A stretch of 63,451 nucleotides of DNA, filler included, from Octopus bimaculoides (Eukaryota), in the NCBI RefSeq assembly GCF_001194135.2. It is 6 parts of 5 records of this genome, joined end to end, with 100 filler letters (N's around TTAATTAATTAA, not from the genome) between each part and the next. Parts side by side here need not be neighbours in the genome. Positions count along the whole stretch, not along the records: positions 8,899 to 34,842 come from NC_068984.1; positions 34,943 to 47,805 come from NC_068983.1; 4 more parts are not named here. One strand, written 5' to 3'. The notes beneath the pieces were generated by a model. The model ran no database searches. It worked only from the letters and a program-made list of their open reading frames with translations, and was not told where the DNA came from. Within the stretch, counting starts at the first letter, position 1. Every line of letters starts with the position of its first letter. A program made the position numbers and the translations under genes. Shown in pieces: positions 24,335-36,539 of this stretch.

Positions 24335-24765
24335 TTAGCGAGCTGGCAGGATCATTAGCACACCCGGCAACATGATTAGCGACATTTCGTCCATCTTTGC
24401 CTTCTGAGTTCAAATTCTGCCGATGTCGGCTCCGCCTTTCATCAATTCGGGGTCAATAAAATGAATATCTGTTGAGCACTGAGATCAACGTGTCCCCGAA
24501 CCTGCTGGAATCGTGGCAAAATTTGAAACGAGTAGCAGGGCGGTGGTCTGGTACAATCGTTTGCATTCCGTTTAAAATGTTGACGGCCGTTCGTCCGTCA
24601 TTATCGCGTGAGTTCGAACTTCGCCTAGGTCGACTTTGCCTTTCATCTTCACAGTGTCAATAAAATAAGTACCAGATGAGCACTGAGGTGGGTGTAATCA
24701 ACTTGATCCTTTGGTCCTTTCCTCGAAACTCCTGATCTTGTGCCAAAATTTGAAACGGATATTAG
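24335..24765 (+). mobile_element. Two tandem family B SINEs
   Basis: Heads at about 24338 (gcgagctggcaggatcattagc) and about 24538 (gggcggtgg...acaatcgtttgc). Confidence 0.8.
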
Positions 24766-25527
24766 ATACAGTGCGACTCAAACGGCTCCTTGTTATTGGC
24801 GTACAGACAAACAATGGCGGGTCTTGGTTTTGACGTGGAAACAAACATCGAAACCGTCAAGTAATTGTTTACCAAATCTAACACTTTGCATCGTGAAGTT
24901 TACAAATTTCATACACGCTTCTTTCTCAATGTGTAAATGACATTGGTCATTAGAAATATATTATGTGCCTTCGAGCTCTCTCATAGGTAACAAACGAAAA
25001 GATTTTCGTTTATCGTGTTTTTCTAATATATTTTTTGCGCTAATGTTTAATTGGGCGTCGCGTAAATTAAGTTGCGTTCAATGAATTTATATATTCTATG
25101 ATCACGTGCTCATAATCTATTCTGTCTATAGCCTGAATCTAATTTCTTTATATATATCGTTGTTGAATTTGCTTCAGTAACGTGTTTGAGTATCCATTTA
25201 TGAAGCTCTGTTTACTTGCTTCATTTATTAATGTATTTACGTATATCTTCTCTTGTTGGTGAAAACGTTAAGACACTTTGTCAAGGATGTATTTTACGAC
25301 CGGCATTGTTGATGTTGTTGATGTAATAGATGTTGTTCTTTTTTAAACAATAAACCAGCCATGACCGAACAGACTAACCGTATAAGATTGTCTTTATGTT
25401 TATTCTTAAATCTTAGATCATCTTATCTTCTTCGCCCATTATTTCCTAGGAGGCTCGTGGGGCCGAGTGGGGTGGGGCAGAGTTCTCCCCACTTCCCGCT
25501 ATCTTTGCTATTAGTCTGGGGCGAGCA

Positions 25528-25810
25528 ATATCTTGTGAGTGGATTTGGTTGACGGAAACTGTGTGAAAGACTGTGTCCATATATATATGTGTGTGTGCGC
25601 GTGTGTGTGTGTGAGTGTGTGTGTGTGCATGTGTGTGAGTGTCTGTGTTTGTGTTTGTCCCCCCCCCACTGCTTGATGGCCGGTGTTAGTTTGTTTAGGT
25701 CCTCATCACTGAGCAGTCCGACAAAACTATCGATATAATAAGAACCAGACCAAAACCTTCGAGACAATGCCCCAGCATGGCTGCAGTCCAATGACTAAAA
25801 CAAGCAAAAT
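25528..25810 (+). mobile_element. SINE family C with internal (TA)/(TG) tract
   Basis: cttgtgagtggatttggttgacggaaact-(TA)(TG)n-tttgtccccc...gcatggctgcagtccaatgactaaaacaag. Confidence 0.8.
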
Positions 25811-25856
25811 ACCATACATCGCTACAGACACACACTTCTATTTCTCTCTCTCCCTC

Positions 25857-25975
<119 letters not shown>

Positions 25976-26019
25976 CACACACATGCATACATACCATTCG
26001 CACACTACGAAGAGTCACA

Positions 26020-26140
26020 CTGAACCTCCCTGAGAGTAAACCTATCTGTGGAGTACTCAGCCACTTGCAATTTAATTTCACAAGCAGGCTGTTCCGTTGA
26101 TTGGATCAACTGGAAATCTCGTCGTCGTAACCGACGGAGA
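26020..26140 (+). mobile_element. SINE family A 3' tail
   Basis: gtggagtactcagccacttgc...gcaggctgttccgttgat...tcgtcgtcgtaaccgacggag. Confidence 0.85.
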
Positions 26141-26654
26141 GACAGTTTGTAGAAGAAAGACAAAGGAAGAAGGAGAACTAGAGAGACTATTTTATATCTT
26201 TCAGTTCGGCTAAATTCCAACTTTACAACAGTTGAATTAACTATGGATAACTATAAAAAATATATTTGTTTAAGCACTATTGTATTAGACTGTAAGAAAA
26301 ATTCGCACGTTTTTTGTTTTTTTGTTTTTAAACATTTTATCATAATTCTCTTCAGTATTATTTGAATTAACACGAAAAATATTTTTATTGTATTTTTTTT
26401 ATTCATTCAGCTCTATTCTTCCTCCGAAAATTTTGTTAACCGTTTTTGAAATTTGAATAAATTTTACTTCTTTACAGACATATGACAATAAAGTGCGAAG
26501 TTGGAAAATAATTTTAAAAAAGAGATGAATTTATGTGACAACTACATATTTCATGATTGCAGCATAAAAAAAATCTAAATAGAACTAAAATACACGGTGA
26601 GAATAAAATTTTCAATGAATAATATAATCTTGACAGTATTTTCGGCCAGGATCA

Positions 26655-26705
26655 GAGAAAACGCACTACGTGTTTCAGTTTTGTTATGACTTCATCAGCG
26701 CTTAG
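26655..26705 (-). ncRNA. Candidate, probably inactive, type I hammerhead ribozyme motif
   Basis: Minus strand AAGCG-CUGAUGA-AGU(CAUAACAAA)ACU-GAAAC-ACGUA-GU-G-CGUUU; intact core, stem II and stem I, but G at the cleavage position. Confidence 0.35.
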
Positions 26706-27039
26706 TATTGTATATATTCACTTTTCTTTCTGAAGTAGCGATTACAGATCCACGAAGGAAACGTACAGTATTGCACACTATTCCGTGTAGGATAACAGTA
26801 TAGTTTAGAGAACAAATAACTTAGAGACCTCATCTGTTAGGAAGAGCAATAGTCAAAGGGTAGCGTTAATGCAGGATGTATTTTCCTTGTAAATAGAGTT
26901 ATAATTTTTCACGTATATAACTTCAGGCAAGTGTTCATCTCTGAGAGGTTAAATGGAGACAGATATGAGAAGAATTCGAAAGGTGAATATGTCTCAAAAT
27001 TTAGGCTAAATAGAAAATACTAGTGGTCAAATTTCTACT

Positions 27040-27062
27040 AACCTACCTACCTACCTACCTAC

Positions 27063-27134
<72 letters not shown>

Positions 27135-27200
27135 TCATCCATCTATCTATCTACCACCCTCTATCTAGACACCTTCTCTCTCTTTCTATCTGTCTCTCTG

Positions 27201-27243
<43 letters not shown>

Positions 27244-27365
27244 GTCTGTATATCTGCCTGACTGTCTGCCTGTCTATCTATCTCTTCCCCCTCTCTCTCA
27301 GACACACAGAGACATTCCACTACACACAGAGACAGACATACACACAAACACACACACACATGTAC

Positions 27366-27401
<36 letters not shown>

Positions 27402-27420
27402 TCACACACACACACACACG
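27040..27420 (+). repeat. (ACCT)n/(ATCT)n/(CT)n/(CA)n compound microsatellite
   Basis: Directly visible. Confidence 0.95.
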
Positions 27421-28049
27421 CAGATGGTGAGTATGTGTGAAAAATTCAGAAAAAAGCTTGAAAGGCAAAAAATACTGTTGTCTTAAAAGTGAAGAATCTG
27501 CAAATTCAATGTTTAGTATTGGAGAAGTGATGAGATTTGATGATGGAGAAACCAGAATGAATGGAAGAAAGAAGGAATCGGTAGATGGAAGAGAATTTGG
27601 TGAAATCTTAAAAGAAGACTTCAAAAGAGCAGAGAGGAACTAAAGCGTAAGCGGTGTAAAGATAAATCCGAATAGTGTGAAGTCTTTAACAAGCGAAGTA
27701 AAATAATAATAAAAGATATGGATTGGGGAATAGCTCTATCTTAGATTCTAGCAACTAAAAACTTGTTCTATCGTTAACATTAAATTCCAAATGATAGAAG
27801 CAGAATAAAGGAAGAAGTAACAGGAACTGTAAGTGACATGAGGTTAATGTAGGCTGTTTATAGGAAACTCAAAGAACTTAATTTGCTTTCTGGATATATA
27901 TTATTTGTCGAATTGGATAATGTTAAAAGTTATTAAAATATATTTGTTCGGTGTCTTTGGCGAATTAGGAGAGTCGCTAAAGCTTCCAATAAAATGTTCC
28001 GTAGGATTTGCTTCAGCTCTTTGCACTTTGTGTTTAAATCTAACTGCGG

Positions 28050-28158
28050 AGTTACCCCCTACTGCGTCGCACCTTGGGCAAGTGTCGTCTACTATAGCCC
28101 TGGACCAACAAATGCCTTGTATGTGGATTTGGTGGACGGAAGCTGAAAGAATCACATC

Positions 28159-28229
<71 letters not shown>

Positions 28230-28850
28230 AATAATACAGAATGGGACAAGAACGAAAAGCATCCAGACAGTTAGGTGATACAAGAAAGGGACAAAACATT
28301 CAGATAGAAGATACAAAGAAAACACGGACAGGTCATTCGGAGTTTTCTCTCTTCAGTCGAGATCCAGATTATCTTTGCAATTTCATCTGGTTATTCTCGA
28401 TATTGCCCCAATCTGGCCAGCCCCAAGAAAAAACTAAGCTAAGAGCATTAGATTCCTTGGAAGAGAGCAGCGAATGTATGCAAAAACAAGGAGGGAAAAA
28501 AACCGAACAATGTTACACAAATACAGTAAGAATAATAAGAGGACAAAACAACAGATGTCTTTCGACTAAGGACGAATTAAATTAAGCTGGCGAACACTTT
28601 GTCTCTCTTATATATATATATATATATATATTAATATGTTCATATATAAGTGTGTGTTTGTGTGCACGAGTTTGTCTCCCTATTCCTCTTGATAACTGTG
28701 TTGGTGTGTCTACATTCTCGTAACCTATTTTAAGGGCCTAAGGGTCCGATAAAATGAGTGCTGATATTCTATTTCATCGAATAAAATTTCTTCAAGTCAG
28801 TGCTCCTGCATGGCCGCAGTTTAACAGCGGAAGCAAATCTAGAGAGTAAA
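28050..28850 (+). mobile_element. SINE family C split at its internal (TA)n tract by another element
   Basis: Head cccactgcgtcgcaccttgggcaagtg...tttggtggacggaagctgaaagaa at 28050-28160; tail (gataactgtgttggtgtgt...gcatggccgcagt...gagtaaaaga) at 28640-28855. Confidence 0.75.
28225..28605. mobile_element. Unclassified interspersed element bounded by (TA)n on both sides (Penelope-like terminus suspected)
   Basis: Non-microsatellite block ataatacagaatgggacaag...aattaagctggcgaac interrupting a SINE; internal repeat catccagacag/cattcagatag. Confidence 0.5.
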
Positions 28851-30489
28851 AGATAAAATCACCCTTATTTACAAGTATTTTAAAGTGGTTTTGTTGGGGG
28901 TGGGGGTTATCATAAATAGACTACGTTATGTGAGAGCAAAACCTTAAATTCACTTTCTTTCAGATCCCTTTCATAGTTATTTATATTTGGGTCAAGAAAC
29001 GATACAGGATGTAAAACTTGGTATATGTTGATAGGTTGTATTCTGTAACCGCGATCGGCCAAAAGGGTACCACAGCACTGCTATGATTTTGTTGTCATCC
29101 ACTGATTGCAAATAGCTGACAGGTGGAGTTAAAAGTTTGTTAACATTCCTTTCCTCATTCAAGGAGAAAAGGGATGCCTTCACTCCTTTTTGTCCTAAGA
29201 GAGATATTTTCTCCATTGTAGCTGCAGTGAATTTGCCTTTTAGCAGTTGAAATATGTCACAAACATAATTTAACTATCCTAAATTTTGCTTTCATTTTGA
29301 TAATTAAAAAAAAAGGAAGGATTCTTAGAGGTAATAAATAGATTCATTAAATACTGTAAGACACATGTCAAGTGTAGGTTATGTACGCTGAGAAAGGACG
29401 TGTGAGACCATATAGCTGTGCCACTTAACCGTTGAAAACAGTAAACAATTTTCTGGAAGTTTGTACTAACAGACGTGATAAAAACGCTTTTAATCGTTTG
29501 ACTTTTTAATCAGGCCTGAGCTGGAACAACTCAATAACAGCAACAACAAGAAAACATATTAGCTCAGCAGTCAACCAATGAAAGATGTTGTATATGAGTG
29601 CCTGATTTGTATAAAGTAGTAAGTAAATCCAGTTGCAATCACGCAAAACATCGTTGTTTTAAAATCGCACACATTAGATGCAATACGTCCACGGTTAGAA
29701 CACCATCTAATCAGAGATTTTCACGATCTGGAGTGACCTGAAGTTAAAGAACACCAACAACATGGACAAAATAATGTACGCTAAGAGTTATGAATCCCGG
29801 AGGAGTAATTCCGACATTGCTACAAGGCCAGAGTTAATTTCATTGAATAATTACCGAAAGCCGATATTATGTTATTGAGACAGCTAGTCCAATCAGAAAC
29901 TTTCCTATCAAATATACGCAGGAAAAACCTCGATTCTGCCAAACGCTACAGATTCAAAAGCATGTAATACATAGCTAAGCAGCGGATACTATATAAAGGT
30001 TACCACAATAGCAATCAGAAGCGAATGGTGGTGATTGATTGCGGTTGGTTGGGGTTGGTTTATGGTGGCTCGTGGGCGGTTAAGGCTGGTTGAGGTCAAC
30101 TGAGAGTGATTGAAGGAGAGTTTGATTGACTGTGGTTGATCATGATTGGTTGTCGTTGTAAATGTAAGTGGTGGTTGATCGGGAGTGGGTGAGGTTGGTG
30201 ATGTGTGATGAGCGAAAGGGAATTTGATCGGTGGCGGTTGATGGGTGCCTAGTGACGATTAGCTGTTTCCATTATGAATGAAATATAGAATGGTATACTA
30301 TTGGCATGGCAGAAGAGTCAATAAAGATTTGCTGTATAGAATTGGTACGTTAGTATTTCGTAATAGATTCATTGTATGGAATTATAGAATGGAATAAAGA
30401 AAGACCATTCTTCTATAGAATAATGTGCGACATAAAATTCCTGCGTGGAATAGATATATGATACACGTGACTATTAATACGTGTGTCTG

Positions 30490-30490
30490 C

Positions 30491-30534
<44 letters not shown>

Positions 30535-31167
30535 NNNNNNNNNNNNNNNNNNNNNNNNNNNNNNNNNNNNNNNNNNNNNNNNNNNNNNNNNNNNNNNNNN
30601 NNNNNNNNNNNNNNNNNNNNNNNNNNNNNNNNNNNNNNNNNNNNNNNNNNNNNNNNNNNNNNNNNNNNNNNNNNNNNNNNNNNNNNNNNNNNNNNNNNNN
30701 NNNNNNNNNNNNNNNNNNNNNNNNNNNNNNNNNNNNNNNNNNNNNNNNNNNNNNNNNNNNNNNNNNNNNNNNNNNNNNNNNNNNNNNNNNNNNNNNNNNN
30801 NNNNNNNNNNNNNNNNNNNNNNNNNNNNNNNNNNNNNNNNNNNNNNNNNNNNNNNNNNNNNNNNNNNNNNNNNNNNNNNNNNNNNNNNNNNNNNNNNNNN
30901 NNNNNNNNNNNNNNNNNNNNNNNNNNNNNNNNNNNNNNNNNNNNNNNNNNNNNNNNNNNNNNNNNNNNNNNNNNNNNNNNNNNNNNNNNNNNTATATATA
31001 TATATATATATATATATCTATATATATATATATATGTGTGGATAGATAGATACACACGCATACACACAAAGATATACATGAAAAGTACATGCATATTTCC
31101 ATATATATATGTGTGTGTGCGTGTGTGTGTGTCTGTCGCTATATATATATATGTATATATATGTATA

Positions 31168-31260
<93 letters not shown>

Positions 31261-31424
31261 ACATAATATATGTATACATGTTATATGTATATACTTGTAT
31301 ATATCTATCTATCTACATGAATACGTATATATGCCTATATATATATATGTACATTTGCATCTATCTCTATAAATACAGACGCACTTATACACACATCCGC
31401 ACACACACACACGCACGCACACAC

Positions 31425-31463
<39 letters not shown>

Positions 31464-31906
31464 TACACCTACGTATATCGATGTATACATGTACGAATGA
31501 CTATATATTTGATGGATTATCAAAGTTGTTTGGGGACCGCGAAAGTTCCTTGCGATAATTGTTGCGGTGCTGATAGAATCTTTTTGACGCACGAGTATTG
31601 GGGTGGATTTAATCGAGTTCCAATCTGTGTCAGTTTGTTATAGACTCGCTAACAACATATATGGCAGCCTACAAAAAGATTGAAAAAAAAAAAAAAAGAA
31701 CGCATACCAGTTCAAGCCTACTCCTACATAAATGCGTCCGCAATCTCTCTAGTTAGTAGGGACGCCATTAAAAAGGACGGAAAGAAAAAACAAAATTATG
31801 AGCAGACATAAATATATGTGTGCCCGTCTGTGTGTGTGGATAAAATGTTATATATATGTACATACATACATGCTTTTATATATATACGTATATATATGTA
31901 TGTATG

Positions 31907-31957
<51 letters not shown>

Positions 31958-32292
31958 GTAAAGAGATGCATGTCCACATGTCTACGTATGTGTAATAAAT
32001 AGGAGCGTATATATTCACATACTGCAAGAAAACTTATACACACAAACACACACAAATATTCATTACCAAGTATGAATATATATGTATGTCTATATGCATA
32101 TATATATATAATCATATATATATGAAAGAATGCATACATTTTCATACACATATATGAATACACGGTTATGTGACTATATATATATATACATATATATATA
32201 TGTATGTAAGCATGTATGCGTGTATGTGTGAAACTTTATTTGTGTGTGTGTACGTATGCATATACCTGTGTATGTATGTATATGTGTATGAA

Positions 32293-32326
<34 letters not shown>

Positions 32327-32529
32327 CGTGTGTGTGCGTGTATGTGCGCGCACGAATATACTCTGGATTACGAGTAATTACTTACATTCAAAATTGAATA
32401 TGAATGACAAGGTGATTTTGCATAGAATTAAGAATATAAAAATACGCTTCTATGTGTGTATAAATGTGTATATGTATGTATATACATATATATGAATAGA
32501 TATTTACAAACACACACATATATATACAT

Positions 32530-32560
<31 letters not shown>

Positions 32561-32570
32561 CATACGCATG

Positions 32571-32660
<90 letters not shown>

Positions 32661-32686
32661 TATATGTACACAGTCACATACATATG

Positions 32687-32717
<31 letters not shown>

Positions 32718-32879
32718 ATGTGTATGTGTGTGTGTGTGTATGTATGTATATATATCGATATAGATAGAGCGTGAGGGTTAGATATATAGGTAGATAAAAA
32801 CTACTAACGTATGAATGCATGCATGTATATATTTGTATATGTATCTGCAGAAGTTAAGTGTACATATATATATACATAC

Positions 32880-32926
<47 letters not shown>

Positions 32927-33105
32927 NNNNNNNNNNNNNNNNNNNNNNNNNNNNNNNNNNNNNNNNNNNNNNNNNNNNNNNNNNNNNNNNNNNNNNNNNN
33001 NNNNNNNNNNNNNNNNNNNNNNNNNNNNNNNNNNNNNNNNNNNNNNNNNNNNNNNNNNNNNNNNNNNNNNNNNNNNNNNNNNNNNNNNNNNNNNNNNNNN
33101 NNNNN

Positions 33106-33136
<31 letters not shown>

Positions 33137-33400
33137 CATATATGTATATATATATGTATATATATATGTATGCATATATATGCATATGTACTCTATATGT
33201 TAATATATCAGTGCACGCGAACAGAAACAAATGGATATCTATCTATTATGTGACTCGAGTATATAACAGACATAATATCCAAGGAGACATATATTTACAC
33301 ACACATAGACACACACACACACACGCATATATGTATAATACACGTACACATGTATGTATAATCAACATATGTATTCTCATATGACGATTACACATTATTT
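30490..33400. repeat. About 2.9 kb of near-continuous (CT)n, (TA)n, (TG)n, (TATG)n and (CA)n with gaps
   Basis: Directly visible; only short unique islands, e.g. 31500-31800. Confidence 0.95.
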
Positions 33401-33829
33401 TCAACCATCTTTGAATGGCGGGAACACAATATTTCAATCATAAAAGACTATATTATAGCTTCAAGATAACTCAGTTATAGCGTTCCATTTTTTTTTTTTT
33501 TTGAGCTGGTTGTTAACAATGGCGTCCTTATACCGATAGAAATACACGATGTGCCTGTACATACATTGTGTGTTTTTCCTTGTTTCCATGAAGCACACAC
33601 ACTGATACGTATATGCGTGCATATATATGTATATGTATATATATACTCATATGAGATACATTATTTTCTATACGTGCGTAATAAGCGGGTTGATATCTTG
33701 TTAATTTTACATATATGATTAATTGATACGTTGGTACTGATTGTGTTGATATGTGTAGATATATGTATGTCTAAATGTATGTGAATATGTATGCGTGAGT
33801 ATATATCTGTATCCGTGTTATTCTATGGA

Positions 33830-33926
<97 letters not shown>

Positions 33927-34255
33927 TGCTTCGTGTATATGCAGCGTATATATATATATATATATATATATATANNNNNNNNNNNNNNNNNNNNNNNNNN
34001 NNNNNNNNNNNNNNNNNNNNNNNNNNNNNNNNNNNNNNNNNNNNNNNNNNNNNNNNNNNNNNNNNNNNNNNNNNNNNNNNNNNNNNNNNNNNNNNNNNNN
34101 NNNNNNNNNNNNNNNNNNNNNNNNNNNNNNNNNNNNNNNNNNNNNNNNNNNNNNNNNNNNNNNNNNNNNNNNNNNNNNNNNNNNNNNNNNNNNNNNNNNN
34201 NNNNNNNNNNNNNNNNNNNNNNNNNNNNNNNNNNNNNNNNNNNNNNNNNNNNNNN

Positions 34256-34410
34256 CGACAATCTTCTTCCAGTTTCCCTGTACCAAATTCACTCACAAGG
34301 CTTTGGTCGGCCCGAGGCTATAGTCGATGACACTTGCCCAAGTGCTGCGCAGTGCTAAACCCGAACTCATGCGGTTGGAAAGCGAGCTACTTACCACACA
34401 GCCACTTCTG
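34256..34410 (-). mobile_element. SINE family C head
   Basis: caaattcactcacaaggctttggtcggcccgaggctatagtcgatgacacttgcccaag...cttaccacacagcca. Confidence 0.85.
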
Positions 34411-34421
34411 CGTCTGTATAA

Positions 34422-34464
<43 letters not shown>

Positions 34465-34842
34465 GGTTCAAAAAAACAAAAAAAAAACAATAACAAAAAA
34501 CACGTGTGTATGCGCGTGTGTGTTTATGTGTGTCTGTATGTTTGTGTCCGTGTGCGTGTGTGTATATTATTTGTGCGTGCGTGGCTGTGTATATTGTGTA
34601 TGTTTTCGTGCGTGCGTGTGTGTTGTGTATGTGAGTGAGTATTGTGTATGTGAGGTGTGTGTGTGCGTGTGTGCATGTGTGTGTGTGTGTATGTGTGTAC
34701 GTGTATGTGTGTGCATGTGTGTGTTTGTGTATGTGAGAGGTGTGTGTGCGTGTGTGTATGTGTACGTGCGTGTTTATGTGTGTGTGCGTGCGTATGTGTG
34801 TGTGCGTGCGTATGTGTGTGAGAGCGTAAGGACGTGTGCCAG

Positions 34843-34942
34843 NNNNNNNNNNNNNNNNNNNNNNNNNNNNNNNNNNNNNNNNNNNNTTAATTAATTAANN
34901 NNNNNNNNNNNNNNNNNNNNNNNNNNNNNNNNNNNNNNNNNN
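34843..34942. other. Artificial contig-joining spacer
   Basis: 44N-TTAATTAATTAA-44N. Confidence 0.97.
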
Positions 34943-34977
<35 letters not shown>

Positions 34978-35289
34978 TATGTATGTATATATAAAAGCTA
35001 CGCTTATTATATTAGGAGATAAGTCGGACCATCATACAGTCTAGAATATATTAGGGGGGCGATTATATGAATATATTCTGGGATATGCGTCTTCTTATTA
35101 TCGACTCCAGTTAAGGAAACATGTTATGATAACACTACACAATTTCAGTGTTGTGTTCATCTGATATTTAAATGGCTACTTTACCAGAGACAGCTTTAAG
35201 ATAACTGTTGCGTACTGATAATGAACAGACTTCACTGACAACGCAAACCCATGTATTCTCAAGCGATTGTTCTCACCCTTTCTGTATAA

Positions 35290-35560
35290 AATAATAAATG
35301 AACAAACAGGAGTCCAGACCAGGATAGATAAAGATAGAGCTTCATAATTGATGCATCAATTTCAATGAACCATTGGACAATATATCTCCAAGTAAAAGAA
35401 AAAAAGTCACAGAAAAATGAGTTGGGAATAGACGTAACCACAAAATGGGGTACTGAACACTACAACGATCTTCATAATAATAGGAGCCAGGGGAACGATT
35501 AAAACGAAGACTCAGACAAATAAATAACCAAAAGAGCAGGCCGTATTCATATGCAAAGGA
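35290..35560 (+). mobile_element. Highly decayed Dong/R4 RLE C-terminal fragment
   Basis: Frame-shifting translation: FIIDASI, LQVKEKK, LGIDVTTKW, TTIFIIIGA; parallels the intact RLE at 42557-43100. Confidence 0.55.
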
Positions 35561-35656
35561 GTTTTAGATTAAAATATCAGTCATTGCTTATGCATTGCTT
35601 AGAGAACAATCAATAAAGTTTAATTATGTGTAATTATGAAATGAAAAGAATGTTGA

Positions 35657-35740
<84 letters not shown>

Positions 35741-35776
35741 ACTACTACTACTACTAATAATAATAACAAGTAAATT

Positions 35777-35990
35777 ACCAGGACCTAACCATTGAGATAC
35801 AGATGCTAAGGAAAGTGCGGGTAAAATGTCTTCCTTTAGTTATAGGCTCACCGGCAATTATCTCTACAGATTTGAACTTATGGGTTGAAGAAATAGGTAT
35901 AGAACCTAGATTAGTGCTACTCGAGAAATCTGTATTATAAGGGGCAGCTACGATAGTTAGGAAGGTTATTGGCATCTAAGGTTACTTGTT
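35777..35990 (+). mobile_element. Dong/R4 C-terminal fragment between (ACT)n(AAT)n and (AAT)n
   Basis: YQDLTIEIQMLRKVRVKCLPLVIGS...LEKSVL*GAATIVRKVIGI*. Confidence 0.8.
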
Positions 35991-36059
35991 GTAGCCCGAT
36001 GCTGGGAATATTTTCGAACTGCTGCAGTATATGTAATAATAATAATGATGATGATGAAG

Positions 36060-36138
<79 letters not shown>

Positions 36139-36147
36139 CAACAACAA

Positions 36148-36465
36148 CTAAGTTGTCAACGAGAAGAACATTCTGGAATGGTACATCAAATAGCAGAGTG
36201 AAATACCGAAAATACGATGCATCCACAACATTTAAGAAACAGGATGAAGATGAAAGAGTAAAGAATTGGAAAATGAAACCACTGCATGGGCAACACCTCA
36301 GATAAATCAAAGGAAAACACAAGATCAACACTTGAAGATGGCTAAGAAAAAGTGATCTGGAATGATGCACTGAGGCATTGATATGCAGCGCTCAGGAACA
36401 AACTCTGAGACCAAATTACACCAAGTTCCAAATAGATAAGAGTAGCGAATCGTCCCATTTGCATT
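36148..36465 (+). mobile_element. Dong/R4 post-RT fragment
   Basis: EKNILEWYIK, RVKNWKMKPLHGQ, WLRKSDL, TEALICSAQEQTLRPNY. Confidence 0.85.
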
Positions 36466-36539
36466 ATATTAACACAGGAGCTGCAAGTAACCTACAATCA
36501 GAATATTTCAACAGATGGACATCCATGCTCCTTATAAAT

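Noticed and set aside
27437-27643. 68-aa purine-rich ORF as a gene or LINE ORF1 piece
   Set aside because: No recognisable motif; compositional bias explains the lack of stops.
28241-28585. 114-aa ORF as a protein-coding gene
   Set aside because: It lies wholly inside an interspersed element and shows no recognisable domain.
30020-30260. G/T-rich tract as a G-quadruplex regulatory element
   Set aside because: Mostly GG doublets in degenerate GGTT/GATT low-complexity sequence; nothing supports function.
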